From a virus (taxonomy: Duplodnaviria; Caudoviricetes): a DNA stretch of 64,000 nt. The stretch covers positions 67,627 through 131,626 of the IMG/VR virus record IMGVR_UViG_3300031994_000033; one strand, given 5' to 3'. Within the stretch, counting starts at the first letter, position 1, and every line of letters begins with the position of its first letter. Made by a program: the position numbers and the translations under genes. The notes under the pieces are model-generated. The model did no database searches, was not told the DNA's origin, and saw nothing but the letters and a program-made list of their open reading frames with translations. This document shows, piece after piece, positions 1 to 9,573 of this stretch.

Positions 1-89
1 AGGGTTCTTGTCAGTCCTTCAACGAGATCGAGGACCAGACCGGAATCGTCATGCCAGTCTTCCAGACTGAGCTTTCCAAGCAGAAGTAA
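1..89 (+). CDS. 3' end of a CDS entering from the left (...GSCQSFNEIEDQTGIVMPVFQTELSKQK*)
   Basis: Open frame from nt 3 to TAA 87-89 with phage-like codon usage. Confidence 0.6.
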   Translation, partial: GSCQSFNEIEDQTGIVMPVFQTELSKQK

Positions 90-113
90 ACAAATCTTTA
101 CACTGGAGTTCTG

Positions 114-2684
114 ATGGCAACTATCAAGTACAAGTATCTCATGCTTGGAGATTCAGACGTGAACAACAATCAGTCACGCGGAATCTCTATGCAGTTCAAC
201 GGATTTGCTCCTTTGACATTCAAAGATCCTGAGTTCGATCTCGAGTCTTACATCAGTGAGCAAGAACTAGTTCCTTCGCTAGACAAGATACTGACAGACA
301 ACAGAGGCACACTTCTGTTCGACGGCGTAAGCTATGTCTCATCTAACGGCTATCCAGTCGCTAGCACTTCTAACTATTCGACTGCCATCAAGAGTCCAGG
401 AAGCTTCATGTTCAAAGATCTGAACGTCGAAGCAGCAGATGAGTTCCAGCTCATCGGAGAAGAAGAGAAGGTTCCTCACGGATCGACTGTGATCGAGATT
501 CAGCTCTCCGATACGATGATGGCGGATCGCTTACAGGGTCAAGTTCGTGTTGACGCGATCGTTCTCTACGGACAGGCATACAATCTCGACTTCTACTCAA
601 GAGTCCAGCAGGGCAGCTTAGAGAGAACGATTCCTATCGGCATCGTGTACTTCTATGGCGAGTCTAAGCCAGTCATTGATCCCAATAGCGGAGGAAAGGC
701 TAAGACTGAGCTTCGAGTGACATTGGGAATCAGCTCTGCTGAAGTTCCGACATCAGCATACGACGAGAACTCTTCTTACTCGAAGTGGATCAAGATCGCC
801 GGATCGATGCATGTCGTGAATGATGATCTAGTTACAGCTTCTAGCTTTGTCGTCAGAGGAAGAGGCGTAGAGACCGTCTCTGCTGTAGAGCCTGAAGGAC
901 TATACGCTGAGCAGCTCTATGGCAGCACCGATACGATTGATGTAAACTCTAGAATGCTCTTCACCAACGATGTCGATTCGAACAAATGGGAGAGAAACGT
1001 ATCTTTCGGCTCTCCAGCTAAGCTGACAGTACTCGATAGAAGCGAGCCTACAGACAGTGAAGATAGAAAGCCTCAGTTCGTTCTCGGTAAAGTGTCTTAC
1101 GAGACGGACGAGAACGACTATGTCCACGGAACACTAGAGGGCGTTCATCAGACTTATTTCGAGTTCTCAGAAGAAGGCCATGAAGGACCGGTCTATGAGA
1201 CAGACCAGTTCTCGAAGAAGAAGTCTGCGATCAGTCTATTCTCAGAAGGCACAGAATACTGCCATAAGCCACTCAGCTTAGCGCAGAGCTACGCTGGATA
1301 TATGAGCACAATCGATCCAGATCAGGGGAGAGCGGCTCAATACGACTTAGCGAGCGTGGAAGCGAACAGCGCATGCTTTAATGATGGAAACAGCATCTTC
1401 TCCTACGATTCATCTTCGACAGGAGACGGAACTAATCTAAACACGACTAATGTTCATTCGAGAGGCAATTCTCTCATTATGAACTCTAGCAACGTGGTAT
1501 CTTATTCTAAATCATACGATGGAACTGGCGAATATGATGTAAAGTATGACACTTTTATCGCTAACTCTGATACTGTGCATATCTACAATCGCGTCAAGGG
1601 AACAGTCTCTAACGATGCTGGAAACTATACGACGAGAGCGTTGAACACCGTCATCAATGCTCAGAACGTCTCAATTGACAACACAAGCGTCAGCAATTAC
1701 TCTAAAGACTACGGAAGAAACTTCGTAGCTCAGAGCAACTGCCTTCTCATCAACAATGCTGATCAGAACATCTTTATCGGCATCAAGGGTGACGCATCTT
1801 CTAGATATGCACATAGCCGCATATTGAACACAAAGAACAGCGTCTATCTAGGCGGATCATTAGAAGCAGTCGGATCGATCGGAAACTTCGTCTTTGGAAC
1901 TGACTATTATAGGCCTAACCATATTAACGGCAGCGATTATCCAGAGAGAACCGTCAGCAATTCACTCATCATCGGTAGCAACTGCGAGATCAATACGACC
2001 GAAGGAGCAACTTCGATTGATGAGGATTATCAGTTCTTGTTTGGAAAAGGCCTAAAGACCGATCCTCGTCAAACTGAAGAGCTCATGGATCATCTTCACG
2101 GTCCAGCTATTCTACTCGGTTGGAACAACCAGAAGTATTATCAGCCAAAACAGAGAAAGCTGGTCGTTCTCGGCGGAGGTTCGTTCAGAGCAAACGGCAT
2201 TCCTGACTTCAAGTACAACAGCTTGGAAGTCGCTACGACAAACCTAGATGATTCCAATCCGGACGGTCTAGTCGATAGAAGCGGAAATGCTGTTCATGTC
2301 TTCAATAGAGCTACTGTAACGAAACTGACGGACATCAAGGGAAGATCAATAGACTACGGCTCAGATGCAGTCGACATGAAGTTCTTGAAGGGCGACAGAA
2401 CGGACGAGAACTACGCGAACTACAATTTCAAGGGTCTTGGTCGAATCAATATGTTCAAGCTCTATCAGCTTCTCAGAAGACTATACTGGGGAAACGACGG
2501 AGTAGTAAGATATGCTGTGTCTTCCAACTACTCGAGCTTCTCTGATCCGACAGCATATCAGTTCGAACAGACATATCTGCCATGGTCAGACTACGACCGC
2601 TGGAATGGAACTATCTTCGCTAACCTAGTTGACGACAATCTGTGCAATCTGCCATATACTCCGCAGAAGCCAGAAGGTCACTAA
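114..2684 (+). CDS. Large hypothetical protein, probably virion structural (856 aa)
   Basis: Long ORF with GGAG RBS; S/N/G/D-rich with a beta-rich C-half; near baseplate and terminase genes. Confidence 0.6.
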   Translation: MATIKYKYLMLGDSDVNNNQSRGISMQFNGFAPLTFKDPEFDLESYISEQELVPSLDKILTDNRGTLLFDGVSYVSSNGYPVASTSNYSTAIKSPGSFMFKDLNVEAADEFQLIGEEEKVPHGSTVIEIQLSDTMMADRLQGQVRVDAIVLYGQAYNLDFYSRVQQGSLERTIPIGIVYFYGESKPVIDPNSGGKAKTELRVTLGISSAEVPTSAYDENSSYSKWIKIAGSMHVVNDDLVTASSFVVRGRGVETVSAVEPEGLYAEQLYGSTDTIDVNSRMLFTNDVDSNKWERNVSFGSPAKLTVLDRSEPTDSEDRKPQFVLGKVSYETDENDYVHGTLEGVHQTYFEFSEEGHEGPVYETDQFSKKKSAISLFSEGTEYCHKPLSLAQSYAGYMSTIDPDQGRAAQYDLASVEANSACFNDGNSIFSYDSSSTGDGTNLNTTNVHSRGNSLIMNSSNVVSYSKSYDGTGEYDVKYDTFIANSDTVHIYNRVKGTVSNDAGNYTTRALNTVINAQNVSIDNTSVSNYSKDYGRNFVAQSNCLLINNADQNIFIGIKGDASSRYAHSRILNTKNSVYLGGSLEAVGSIGNFVFGTDYYRPNHINGSDYPERTVSNSLIIGSNCEINTTEGATSIDEDYQFLFGKGLKTDPRQTEELMDHLHGPAILLGWNNQKYYQPKQRKLVVLGGGSFRANGIPDFKYNSLEVATTNLDDSNPDGLVDRSGNAVHVFNRATVTKLTDIKGRSIDYGSDAVDMKFLKGDRTDENYANYNFKGLGRINMFKLYQLLRRLYWGNDGVVRYAVSSNYSSFSDPTAYQFEQTYLPWSDYDRWNGTIFANLVDDNLCNLPYTPQKPEGH

Positions 2685-2689
2685 TCATT

Positions 2690-2720
2690 ATTCCGTTGCT
2701 ATTCAGTCAGCGGAATTTTT
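2690..2720 (+). terminator. Rho-independent terminator
   Basis: ATTCCGTTG/CAGCGGAAT stem followed by a T run, just after the stop codon. Confidence 0.6.
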
Positions 2721-2752
2721 GTGTAAATATGATATAAGAGAAGAGTATAGAA

Positions 2753-3679
2753 ATGCCCGACATCAACTTGAATGGAAAATCTCTGGATCTTGATCAAAAG
2801 ACTGCACAGCAGATAAAGAATCTAGCTTCAAAGCCGGAGCTAGTCAAGCTAGTGAACGACTACTGGACTGACAAGAAGCTAGGCAAGAGGACTGAGCTGA
2901 AGAAAGACTATCTTGAGATCTTAGAGAAGACTCTGTTGATCGAACCTAACCTATTCCGTCAGGACTTATTCAACAACAAGCTTAAGCTGAAGAACTTCTC
3001 AGCGACTATCGGATCGATTCTGTCTAACACTAAGCTGAACGGAGATCTGAGAACTTCTTATCTCTCGATGTGTCTAGATGTCACGACTGAGAGACCAGCG
3101 ATAGGTAAGGGCGAGTTCCTCTTTGCAGCATCTTTCAGCAATATCGGATTCTCTAAGGACTCAGGGGATCTCATCGACATCGATACGAACGAGAAGATCG
3201 AAGTGAAGGGAATAAGCGCAGTGATGGGAAACGCACAGAACGGCAAGTTCAGACAGATGTCCGCTGAGACGATGAGAACTGTGTTCAGGCTGTTAGGGAT
3301 AAACGATGTCGCTAAGCAGGACTACTATCTCAGCGAGAGCGTCGCTAAGAAGATCAAGACAGCTATCGGACTCGATCAGAACAGGGCTAAGCAGGTATTC
3401 ACATATCTTCAGAATCTGAGAAGCGAGAACGAGTCACTAGCCAGATCAGCCGTTCAGCTCTATTTCGACAAGAAGCAGTTGATCAGGACTGTCGCTGCGA
3501 TGCACTTGTATGCTTATATGAAGCTCGAAAGAGACAACTATCTGCTCATATTGAATGATAAGAGCTTCTCGCTGTTCAAGGCTCCAGACACGCTGTATGA
3601 CGCTTATGCGATACTCGAAAATCTAGCCGTCAAGCCATGGCATCAGGGCGAGTATGGAATAAAGGTAACTCTGAGGTAG
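2753..3679 (+). CDS. Hypothetical protein, possible PD-(D/E)xK nuclease
   Basis: GKGE...GDL...IEVKG pattern; TGTAAATA late-like box at 2722-2729. Confidence 0.5.
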   Translation: MPDINLNGKSLDLDQKTAQQIKNLASKPELVKLVNDYWTDKKLGKRTELKKDYLEILEKTLLIEPNLFRQDLFNNKLKLKNFSATIGSILSNTKLNGDLRTSYLSMCLDVTTERPAIGKGEFLFAASFSNIGFSKDSGDLIDIDTNEKIEVKGISAVMGNAQNGKFRQMSAETMRTVFRLLGINDVAKQDYYLSESVAKKIKTAIGLDQNRAKQVFTYLQNLRSENESLARSAVQLYFDKKQLIRTVAAMHLYAYMKLERDNYLLILNDKSFSLFKAPDTLYDAYAILENLAVKPWHQGEYGIKVTLR

Positions 3680-3682
3680 TCG

Positions 3683-5086
3683 ATGGCTGATCAGATTTCG
3701 ATACCTAGCTTAGTCCAGTCGATCAAGCTGGCAGACAATACGAAGAATCCTAGACTAGCTCTGAAGCTGTGGCTTGACGATTATGACAGTGACAAGGGCT
3801 ATCCCTTGTCGATTCGGAACATTTCTGAGTTCAGACTGAGAGAGTCGATGTTCTTGAACCTGCCCATCGGTCAGCTCACTTATGTCGATGACGGCACAGC
3901 CAAGTCTGCTAACACATTCTATGATGGCAGACTGCTGTATGTGGGCTTCGAGTACGCGTCGAGCGACGAGAACGCTAGAGAGAAGAACATCTCGAAAGGA
4001 CGTTACCGAATCGTCGGCTCTAAGATACAGAATCGAGGACAGAACAGCGTCATCTACGTCATCACGTTCATCTATGACGCGCTCGCACTGGTGAATTCGG
4101 TGCCAAAGTTTCCAGAGTCGAGTGACGACTGCTACTGTCAATCGACCGAGGCGATGAAGAGAGTGTGCGCATCGTGCGGACTTCAGTTCATGACTAACGT
4201 CGACACGACCGACCAGATGGCTTGGTTCAACCCGAGTCTGAACGCTAGAAGATTCATTCAGTTCATAGTCAATCACAGCTTCATCAACGAGACTGACTTC
4301 GGGATGTTCTGGGTCAACAAGTCAGGAGATGCGTTCTTCTATGGCATACGCGCTGACCTGCAGAACGGCATACCCTTCTACTTCGACAATAATGTAAATA
4401 GAAATTTACGTGATAAGAAGAAGCACTTGATCTTCACTGACGTGTTCGCGAAGGACACCGAGAATCTCTCTGATGATGAGCTGAAGAGCAAATACGAGAA
4501 CAGGATGTACATTCTGTTTGACGAAGATCAGCGAAACGACGACGGATGGGTGAGTGACTTCTATGGCAACTCAGTCCAAGTGGGTGTCTATGATCCGATG
4601 GGAAGAACGGCGCTATACAAGTCAGACGACATGACTTTTGACTTGGCGCACATGACACACAAGATCACCGGAAAGACGATCCTGCCAGGCACTCCTAGCA
4701 CTGACACGACGAACAGAAACCGGGTCAGAGAGCAGATGTTCGCCGGGTACTCTTCAGTCGACTTCACTCACTCGGCTTGGGACTTCGCTCCAGTTCAGAA
4801 CTCGATCATGCGCTCAGAGTTCTTCGACAATCGACACACGATCAAGATCAACACTGGAAAGCAGTTGAAGAACTTCGGAGACCAAGAGCTACGAATCGGC
4901 GACGTTCTCGACATCGACTTCAGCATGTACGAGAAGGACATGACGATCGACAACGGAGACTACATCATCCATTCGATAGACTGGAGATTCCAGCACGGAA
5001 GCGACTTGTTCCTGATCGTTAGGGTCGCTTCCGACTCACTTCATCCGACAGAGAACGAGACGCCGACTCAGAATCAGAAAAAGTGA
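3683..5086 (+). CDS. Putative baseplate hub/tail protein (gp27/VgrG-like)
   Basis: N-terminal EFRLRESMF..PIGQLTYVDD and C-terminal LRIGDVLDI...GDYIIHSIDW resemble baseplate hub proteins; by-eye only. Confidence 0.45.
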   Translation: MADQISIPSLVQSIKLADNTKNPRLALKLWLDDYDSDKGYPLSIRNISEFRLRESMFLNLPIGQLTYVDDGTAKSANTFYDGRLLYVGFEYASSDENAREKNISKGRYRIVGSKIQNRGQNSVIYVITFIYDALALVNSVPKFPESSDDCYCQSTEAMKRVCASCGLQFMTNVDTTDQMAWFNPSLNARRFIQFIVNHSFINETDFGMFWVNKSGDAFFYGIRADLQNGIPFYFDNNVNRNLRDKKKHLIFTDVFAKDTENLSDDELKSKYENRMYILFDEDQRNDDGWVSDFYGNSVQVGVYDPMGRTALYKSDDMTFDLAHMTHKITGKTILPGTPSTDTTNRNRVREQMFAGYSSVDFTHSAWDFAPVQNSIMRSEFFDNRHTIKINTGKQLKNFGDQELRIGDVLDIDFSMYEKDMTIDNGDYIIHSIDWRFQHGSDLFLIVRVASDSLHPTENETPTQNQKK

Positions 5087-5167
5087 TGTGATAGGCCATT
5101 TATAGCTGTTTCTCGAAAATGGGCAAAAATAAGGGGTACCACGCACTGATGCGCGTGTCGTTTTTAA

Positions 5168-5175
5168 GATAAATA
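5168..5175 (+). promoter_or_regulatory. T4-type late promoter (GATAAATA)
   Basis: One mismatch to TATAAATA, 40 nt upstream of the terminase-fragment ATG. Confidence 0.5.
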
Positions 5176-5214
5176 CTCTATCAACTGGGCAAAAAACAAG
5201 CAAAAAAGCGCACT

Positions 5215-5565
5215 ATGGCAGAAGAAAAGAGAACAATTTCACTCATAAAGAACAACTCTGGACTAGAGATAATGACCGAGAACGGAAAATTCGAGCCGTT
5301 CTGGGGACTAATCGAGAAGAAGAGCCACGGGTACAAATTGAAGCTCGAAGACGGCCGAGAGCTCAAGTACTCTGACGGACACCGCTTCATGATCGACGGC
5401 TGGGAAGTGTATGTCGAGTCACTTTCTGTGGGAGACTCTGTTGCTGGCTCTAAGATAGTCGAGATAGAAGAAGTCACTGACACTTTCTACGGTCCTTACT
5501 CTGTGAGAGGCCATGAGTACAGCACAGTGAACGAGAACGGAGAGTCCGTTCAGCTTCATCACAAC
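5215..5565 (+). mobile_element. Atypically split intein C-fragment (IntC, 117 aa)
   Basis: Block B-like KYSDGHRF, LSVGD, block F FYGPYSV, block G HHN followed by Cys+1 (5566-5568); block A absent, in-frame TAA at 5170-5172. Confidence 0.85.
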
Positions 5566-6297
5566 TGCGAGTTCATGGGATCATCGACGACTCTGATCGA
5601 GCTGGATAAGCTAGCTAAGCTGTTTCCGACCGAGCCTAAGGAGTTCAAGTATGGCTACTTGGTCTCGATCTGGGAAGAGCCGAAGCCTGGCTATCTCTAC
5701 GTGATGGGAGTCGACACTTCGACTGGCTCTGGACTCGACTTCTCTGCAGTGCAAGTTCTAAAACTCGTCAGCAAGGACAAGTTCGAACAGGTATGCACTT
5801 TCCACGATGACAGAACGCTCGGAGGCAAGTTCAGTCAGATCATCAAGGATCTGAGCGAGTGGTACAACGACGCACTGATCGTCATCGAGAACAACGGTCC
5901 AGGAAAGCAGGTCGCTGAGGAGATATGGTACACACTGGACTGTCAGAACATCATCAACACGGATCCGCACGGAATCGGTACAAACGCCAACAAGGCTTCT
6001 AAGCTTGACGCGTGCTTGATGCTTCAGCGAGAAGTCAATCGAGACTCGCTGATCATTCACGACTCAGCTACCCTGAAGGAATTGACGACTTTCATTGAAG
6101 TGAGCCCAAACGTCTTCAAAGCGACGGCTGGCTCACATGACGACCTCGTGTCTGCTCTGTACTGGGCAGTCTACGCGATATTCCAGCCTGAGATCGACTT
6201 GGACAACCTGAAAGTCGACATGAACAAAAGGGAGGAGCTAGTTGAAGTCCCAAAAACCGTATTTCCGGACGAAGATGAAGGAATTTGGACATTCTGA
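5215..6297 (+). CDS. Terminase large subunit C-terminal (nuclease) fragment fused to a split-intein C-fragment
   Basis: After HHN|C: CEFMGSSTTLI, YVMGVDTSTGSGLDFSA, YNDALIVIENN and GSHDDLVSAL match the T4 gp17 nuclease domain; no ATPase domain in this ORF. Confidence 0.9.
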   Translation: MAEEKRTISLIKNNSGLEIMTENGKFEPFWGLIEKKSHGYKLKLEDGRELKYSDGHRFMIDGWEVYVESLSVGDSVAGSKIVEIEEVTDTFYGPYSVRGHEYSTVNENGESVQLHHNCEFMGSSTTLIELDKLAKLFPTEPKEFKYGYLVSIWEEPKPGYLYVMGVDTSTGSGLDFSAVQVLKLVSKDKFEQVCTFHDDRTLGGKFSQIIKDLSEWYNDALIVIENNGPGKQVAEEIWYTLDCQNIINTDPHGIGTNANKASKLDACLMLQREVNRDSLIIHDSATLKELTTFIEVSPNVFKATAGSHDDLVSALYWAVYAIFQPEIDLDNLKVDMNKREELVEVPKTVFPDEDEGIWTF

Positions 6298-6805
6298 CGA
6301 GCATAAGCGAGTCACTCGGAGAAAGAGAGAACGAGAGGAGAAGTCACTACGGCACTCTAACAATAAGATGGATCAGAAGCGCAAGCAGAAGCTCAGACAC
6401 ACGAGGCAGTGGAGAGAGCTGAAGGCCAGGCTGATCGCTTCGAGAGGAAAACGTGATGAACTCACTGGTCATGAGCTGACTAGAGACGACAAGCTCACTT
6501 GCCATCACATGAGACTCACCGCTGAGAAGTATGGCGAGTTCACGAAAGATGAAGAGTTCATGCTTCTGACTGAGACATCGCACAAGGTCGTTCACTGGCT
6601 TTGGGAAATGACCAAAGGCGAAGATTTTTCTATATTAAATAAACTAGAATCCGTCATTAGAAGGATGAAGGAACTTCAAGATGAAGATAGCGGGACTGGA
6701 CATGTCAGTGACCCACACGGGTGCTGTGAAACTGGAACTGGACGAGAGATTGAATATCCTGAACGCGGACTGGCTGACGTTCACGACTACCAAGAAGTAT
6801 GCTAG
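6242..6805 (+). CDS. HNH-like endonuclease (real start may be ATG 6368)
   Basis: RQWRELK...DELTG...LTCHH...LTETSHKVVH pattern. Confidence 0.6.
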   Translation: MKSQKPYFRTKMKEFGHSDEHKRVTRRKREREEKSLRHSNNKMDQKRKQKLRHTRQWRELKARLIASRGKRDELTGHELTRDDKLTCHHMRLTAEKYGEFTKDEEFMLLTETSHKVVHWLWEMTKGEDFSILNKLESVIRRMKELQDEDSGTGHVSDPHGCCETGTGREIEYPERGLADVHDYQEVC

Positions 6806-7337
6806 CGAAAACTGCATCTGGTACTCGAATGACGACTGGAACAGCAAATACGACAAATACAAGTTCATGCAGGATCGAATCCTGAAGTTTGTCGAAGACG
6901 CTGACTATGTATCGGCGGAAGACTACGCGTTCGGCGCTGCTGGAGCGACTGGCCTAGTGTTCGACCTAGCCGAGTTCGAAGGCTGGATCAGACAGTCCAT
7001 CTGGCGCATGGGAAAGCCCATCTATCTCTATTCACCGATGACTATCAAGAAGGTCTTCTCGGGCCACGGCAACTCAGACAAGAAGGGTATGTTCGACGCT
7101 TACAAGCGAGTTACGCTCGTAAAGCCTGATTTGAGCATCTTTCCTCCAGTGACTAATGGTAAGAAGGGCCAACCTGGCGCAAGTGACGTGATCGACGCTT
7201 ATGGCGCTGCTATGACGCTCATAACTGAGCTTCTAATCGAACGAGATGGACCAGAGAAGTTCCCGAAGCACATCCAGGAATTCTGGAAGAACAGAACACG
7301 AGAGGTCATTCTAGGTTACAAGGAGACGGTAAGATGA
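6681..7337 (+). CDS. RuvC-like Holliday junction resolvase
   Basis: KIAGLDMSVTHTG, VSAEDYAF, DLAEFEG, PMTIKKVFSGHGNSDK and DVIDAY: RNase H-fold catalytic pattern. Confidence 0.8.
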   Translation: MKIAGLDMSVTHTGAVKLELDERLNILNADWLTFTTTKKYASENCIWYSNDDWNSKYDKYKFMQDRILKFVEDADYVSAEDYAFGAAGATGLVFDLAEFEGWIRQSIWRMGKPIYLYSPMTIKKVFSGHGNSDKKGMFDAYKRVTLVKPDLSIFPPVTNGKKGQPGASDVIDAYGAAMTLITELLIERDGPEKFPKHIQEFWKNRTREVILGYKETVR

Positions 7338-7984
7338 GCTTACAGATAAAGGGAATATCCTTCGATGATCTGCTTTGTCAGACGATGATGTGCGTACTCG
7401 ACAACTTCACTTCAGTATTCGCTAAAGAGGAAGACGTAACGCTCACAGCTCAGAGGACAGACTGTCCGCATATCCGTGAGGTGATCCAAGCCTTTCCAAA
7501 GAAGATGGATCAGCTGCGTAAGCTATACGTGACGGAAGCTGAGATCGATCGTTCTCATCGTGAGTACAAGAAGACTGGAAATGGCACATTCCACTTCAAT
7601 TCAGTGAATCGCGAGAACAATCACGTCAATGGCGCGTGCCTCACTAGCATAGAGTACACGCAGGACGAAGTGACTGTCAACATTCGCGCATCAATCGCGC
7701 CTTACAACCTGCAGTTCGACTTGGTATTGATCTCAGACCTGATCCGCGAGCTAGGTCTGTCGCCGAAGCAGATCACGATAAAGATCGGCTACATTGCGTC
7801 AAAGCCAGTCCACAATCTCTACACATTCGTGCTATACGGGATGAGCAGAGAAGACATTCAGGACACCGCTTATGGCAGATCGATCTGGACTTCTTACGAG
7901 CGTGCTCTGACAGACAGATGTAAATTCAATAGCATGAAGGCTATTGCGAGAAAGATTCAAGAGAAACTAAAGGATCAAAAGTAA
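7334..7984 (+). CDS. Divergent thymidylate-synthase-fold protein, paralog 1
   Basis: GACLTSIEY..VNIRAS...LQFDLV aligns to the TS PC...RS.D...N/D core. Confidence 0.5.
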   Translation: MSLQIKGISFDDLLCQTMMCVLDNFTSVFAKEEDVTLTAQRTDCPHIREVIQAFPKKMDQLRKLYVTEAEIDRSHREYKKTGNGTFHFNSVNRENNHVNGACLTSIEYTQDEVTVNIRASIAPYNLQFDLVLISDLIRELGLSPKQITIKIGYIASKPVHNLYTFVLYGMSREDIQDTAYGRSIWTSYERALTDRCKFNSMKAIARKIQEKLKDQK

Positions 7985-7986
7985 AT

Positions 7987-8709
7987 ATGAGTTTACATTT
8001 CAACTGCACTGACTTTGACGACGTATTTGAGCAGACGGCCACTTGGGCCATGAACAACTTCAAGTGCAACACCTCAAGAGAGGACGATGTCACTATCGAA
8101 TGCACATCGAGAAACTACAGCAAGGGTGGCGACATCGACAGAATGGCTAAGCGTCATCTGAAGAAGATGACCCGTCTGAGAGGCATCTACGTGGAGGAGG
8201 GCGAGCTCGACCGTTCACATGCTGAGCTCGTAAAGACCGGATCATCCGACTTCCGTTTTAAGAACGTCCAGCACGAGTTCGACCACATTCATGGCGGATG
8301 TCTCACAGCTATGCACTTGACTAACGACGAAGTCACGATCACTCTGCGTGCGTCTGTCATTCCCTGGAATCTTCAGTTCGACTTGGTATTGATTTCCGAT
8401 CTTCTTGGAGAACTCGGCTTGAATCCGTCTAAGATCACGTTCAAGATCGGATATATCAGAACGAAGGTCATTCATGCGCTATACACGTATCTCTTGAACG
8501 GCTGGACGCCAGAGAAGATATGCGAGACACGATTCGGAAAGTCGATGATAGCAGCTTACACCAGAGGCTCACGTCCGACATGCAAGTACAAGAACTGGAT
8601 CAGGTTCTGCGCAAGGGTAGACAGAGTGAGAGAAGAGATGGGAATAGGACCTCTGGCACCATATCTAGAAGCAGCGAAAGCAAAAGAAAGAGCAGAAAAT
8701 GGGGTTTAG
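7987..8709 (+). CDS. Divergent thymidylate-synthase-fold protein, paralog 2
   Basis: GGCLTAMHL..ITLRAS...LQFDLVLISDL; clear paralog of 7334-7984. Confidence 0.5.
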   Translation: MSLHFNCTDFDDVFEQTATWAMNNFKCNTSREDDVTIECTSRNYSKGGDIDRMAKRHLKKMTRLRGIYVEEGELDRSHAELVKTGSSDFRFKNVQHEFDHIHGGCLTAMHLTNDEVTITLRASVIPWNLQFDLVLISDLLGELGLNPSKITFKIGYIRTKVIHALYTYLLNGWTPEKICETRFGKSMIAAYTRGSRPTCKYKNWIRFCARVDRVREEMGIGPLAPYLEAAKAKERAENGV

Positions 8710-8733
8710 ATTTCTCATGAAAATACTTATATT
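8705..8733 (+). promoter_or_regulatory. sigma70-like early promoter
   Basis: TTTAGA-N17-TATATT; motif recurs more than 10 times in intergenic DNA. Confidence 0.75.
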
Positions 8734-8767
8734 TCAGGTGTAAATAAGAAGAATTCAGGAGTTATCT

Positions 8768-9094
8768 ATGACCAACAATCTGCTCGACCTCAAGACTAAC
8801 ATCGACACCATTCTCGCTGTCCGAGAGAAGCTGCTCGGCGACTGGGAATGTCTTCAATACCGAGACGTGGACACTGAATCCAGCGGTTACTGGGTGAAGG
8901 TTCCGGTTCTCACCAAAGACGGCGAACACAAGAACGCTGCACTCGGCATCTATCTATATTCGGGTAAGGGCATCACAGTCAACTTCAACAGCATGGAGTT
9001 CTACAAGAAGCTACCGGGCGTTCCGTCTTACGAACAGGTGATGGACACGATCGAAGACGGCATGGAAGAGCTCGGCTACAAGCTCGACGCATAA
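8768..9094 (+). CDS. Hypothetical protein
   Basis: ORF with AGGAG RBS after a promoter. Confidence 0.75.
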   Translation: MTNNLLDLKTNIDTILAVREKLLGDWECLQYRDVDTESSGYWVKVPVLTKDGEHKNAALGIYLYSGKGITVNFNSMEFYKKLPGVPSYEQVMDTIEDGMEELGYKLDA

Positions 9095-9534
9095 TGATCG
9101 ATCCTACCAATCCAATCAATATGCCAGTGTTCTTCCCTTTCGGAAGACCTGGCGATTTTCTTGCAGATAAGCCTAGAAGCACCGAAGACATGGTGCGTAA
9201 GCTCTACGGCGACGAAGTAGAATTCCGTGAGATTCCTCAATCCGTCACTTACACAGAGTTCGCGGCGCCAGCAGCCGATCGTGCTAAGTTCGGGCCGATG
9301 GTGTTCGGAGACGCTGGACTATCAGATGAAGATCTAGCGCTGCTGCCGACTCAGGACGATCTGCCACAGCCAGATCGAAAGCAGTTGATCCAGAACTCGG
9401 AACCTGCAGAGGATCTACTGCCTCCGCCAGAGATGACTCAGGATCTCGCATCTATTCTCGCTGCCTTCGACTCAGAAGCTGCGGGATATATCAAGTCTGG
9501 CGCAATCAACACGAACACGAGAGGAAGGCGATAA
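9094..9534 (+). CDS. Hypothetical acidic, Pro-rich protein
   Basis: Coupled TAATG start; phage codon usage. Confidence 0.7.
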   Translation: MIDPTNPINMPVFFPFGRPGDFLADKPRSTEDMVRKLYGDEVEFREIPQSVTYTEFAAPAADRAKFGPMVFGDAGLSDEDLALLPTQDDLPQPDRKQLIQNSEPAEDLLPPPEMTQDLASILAAFDSEAAGYIKSGAINTNTRGRR

Positions 9535-9546
9535 CAACAATGAAAG

Positions 9547-9573
9547 AGAGCAGATCCGTTCTGCTCTATTGTT
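9547..9573 (+). terminator. Probable terminator hairpin
   Basis: AGAGCAGA/TCTGCTCT stem after the stop codon. Confidence 0.5.
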
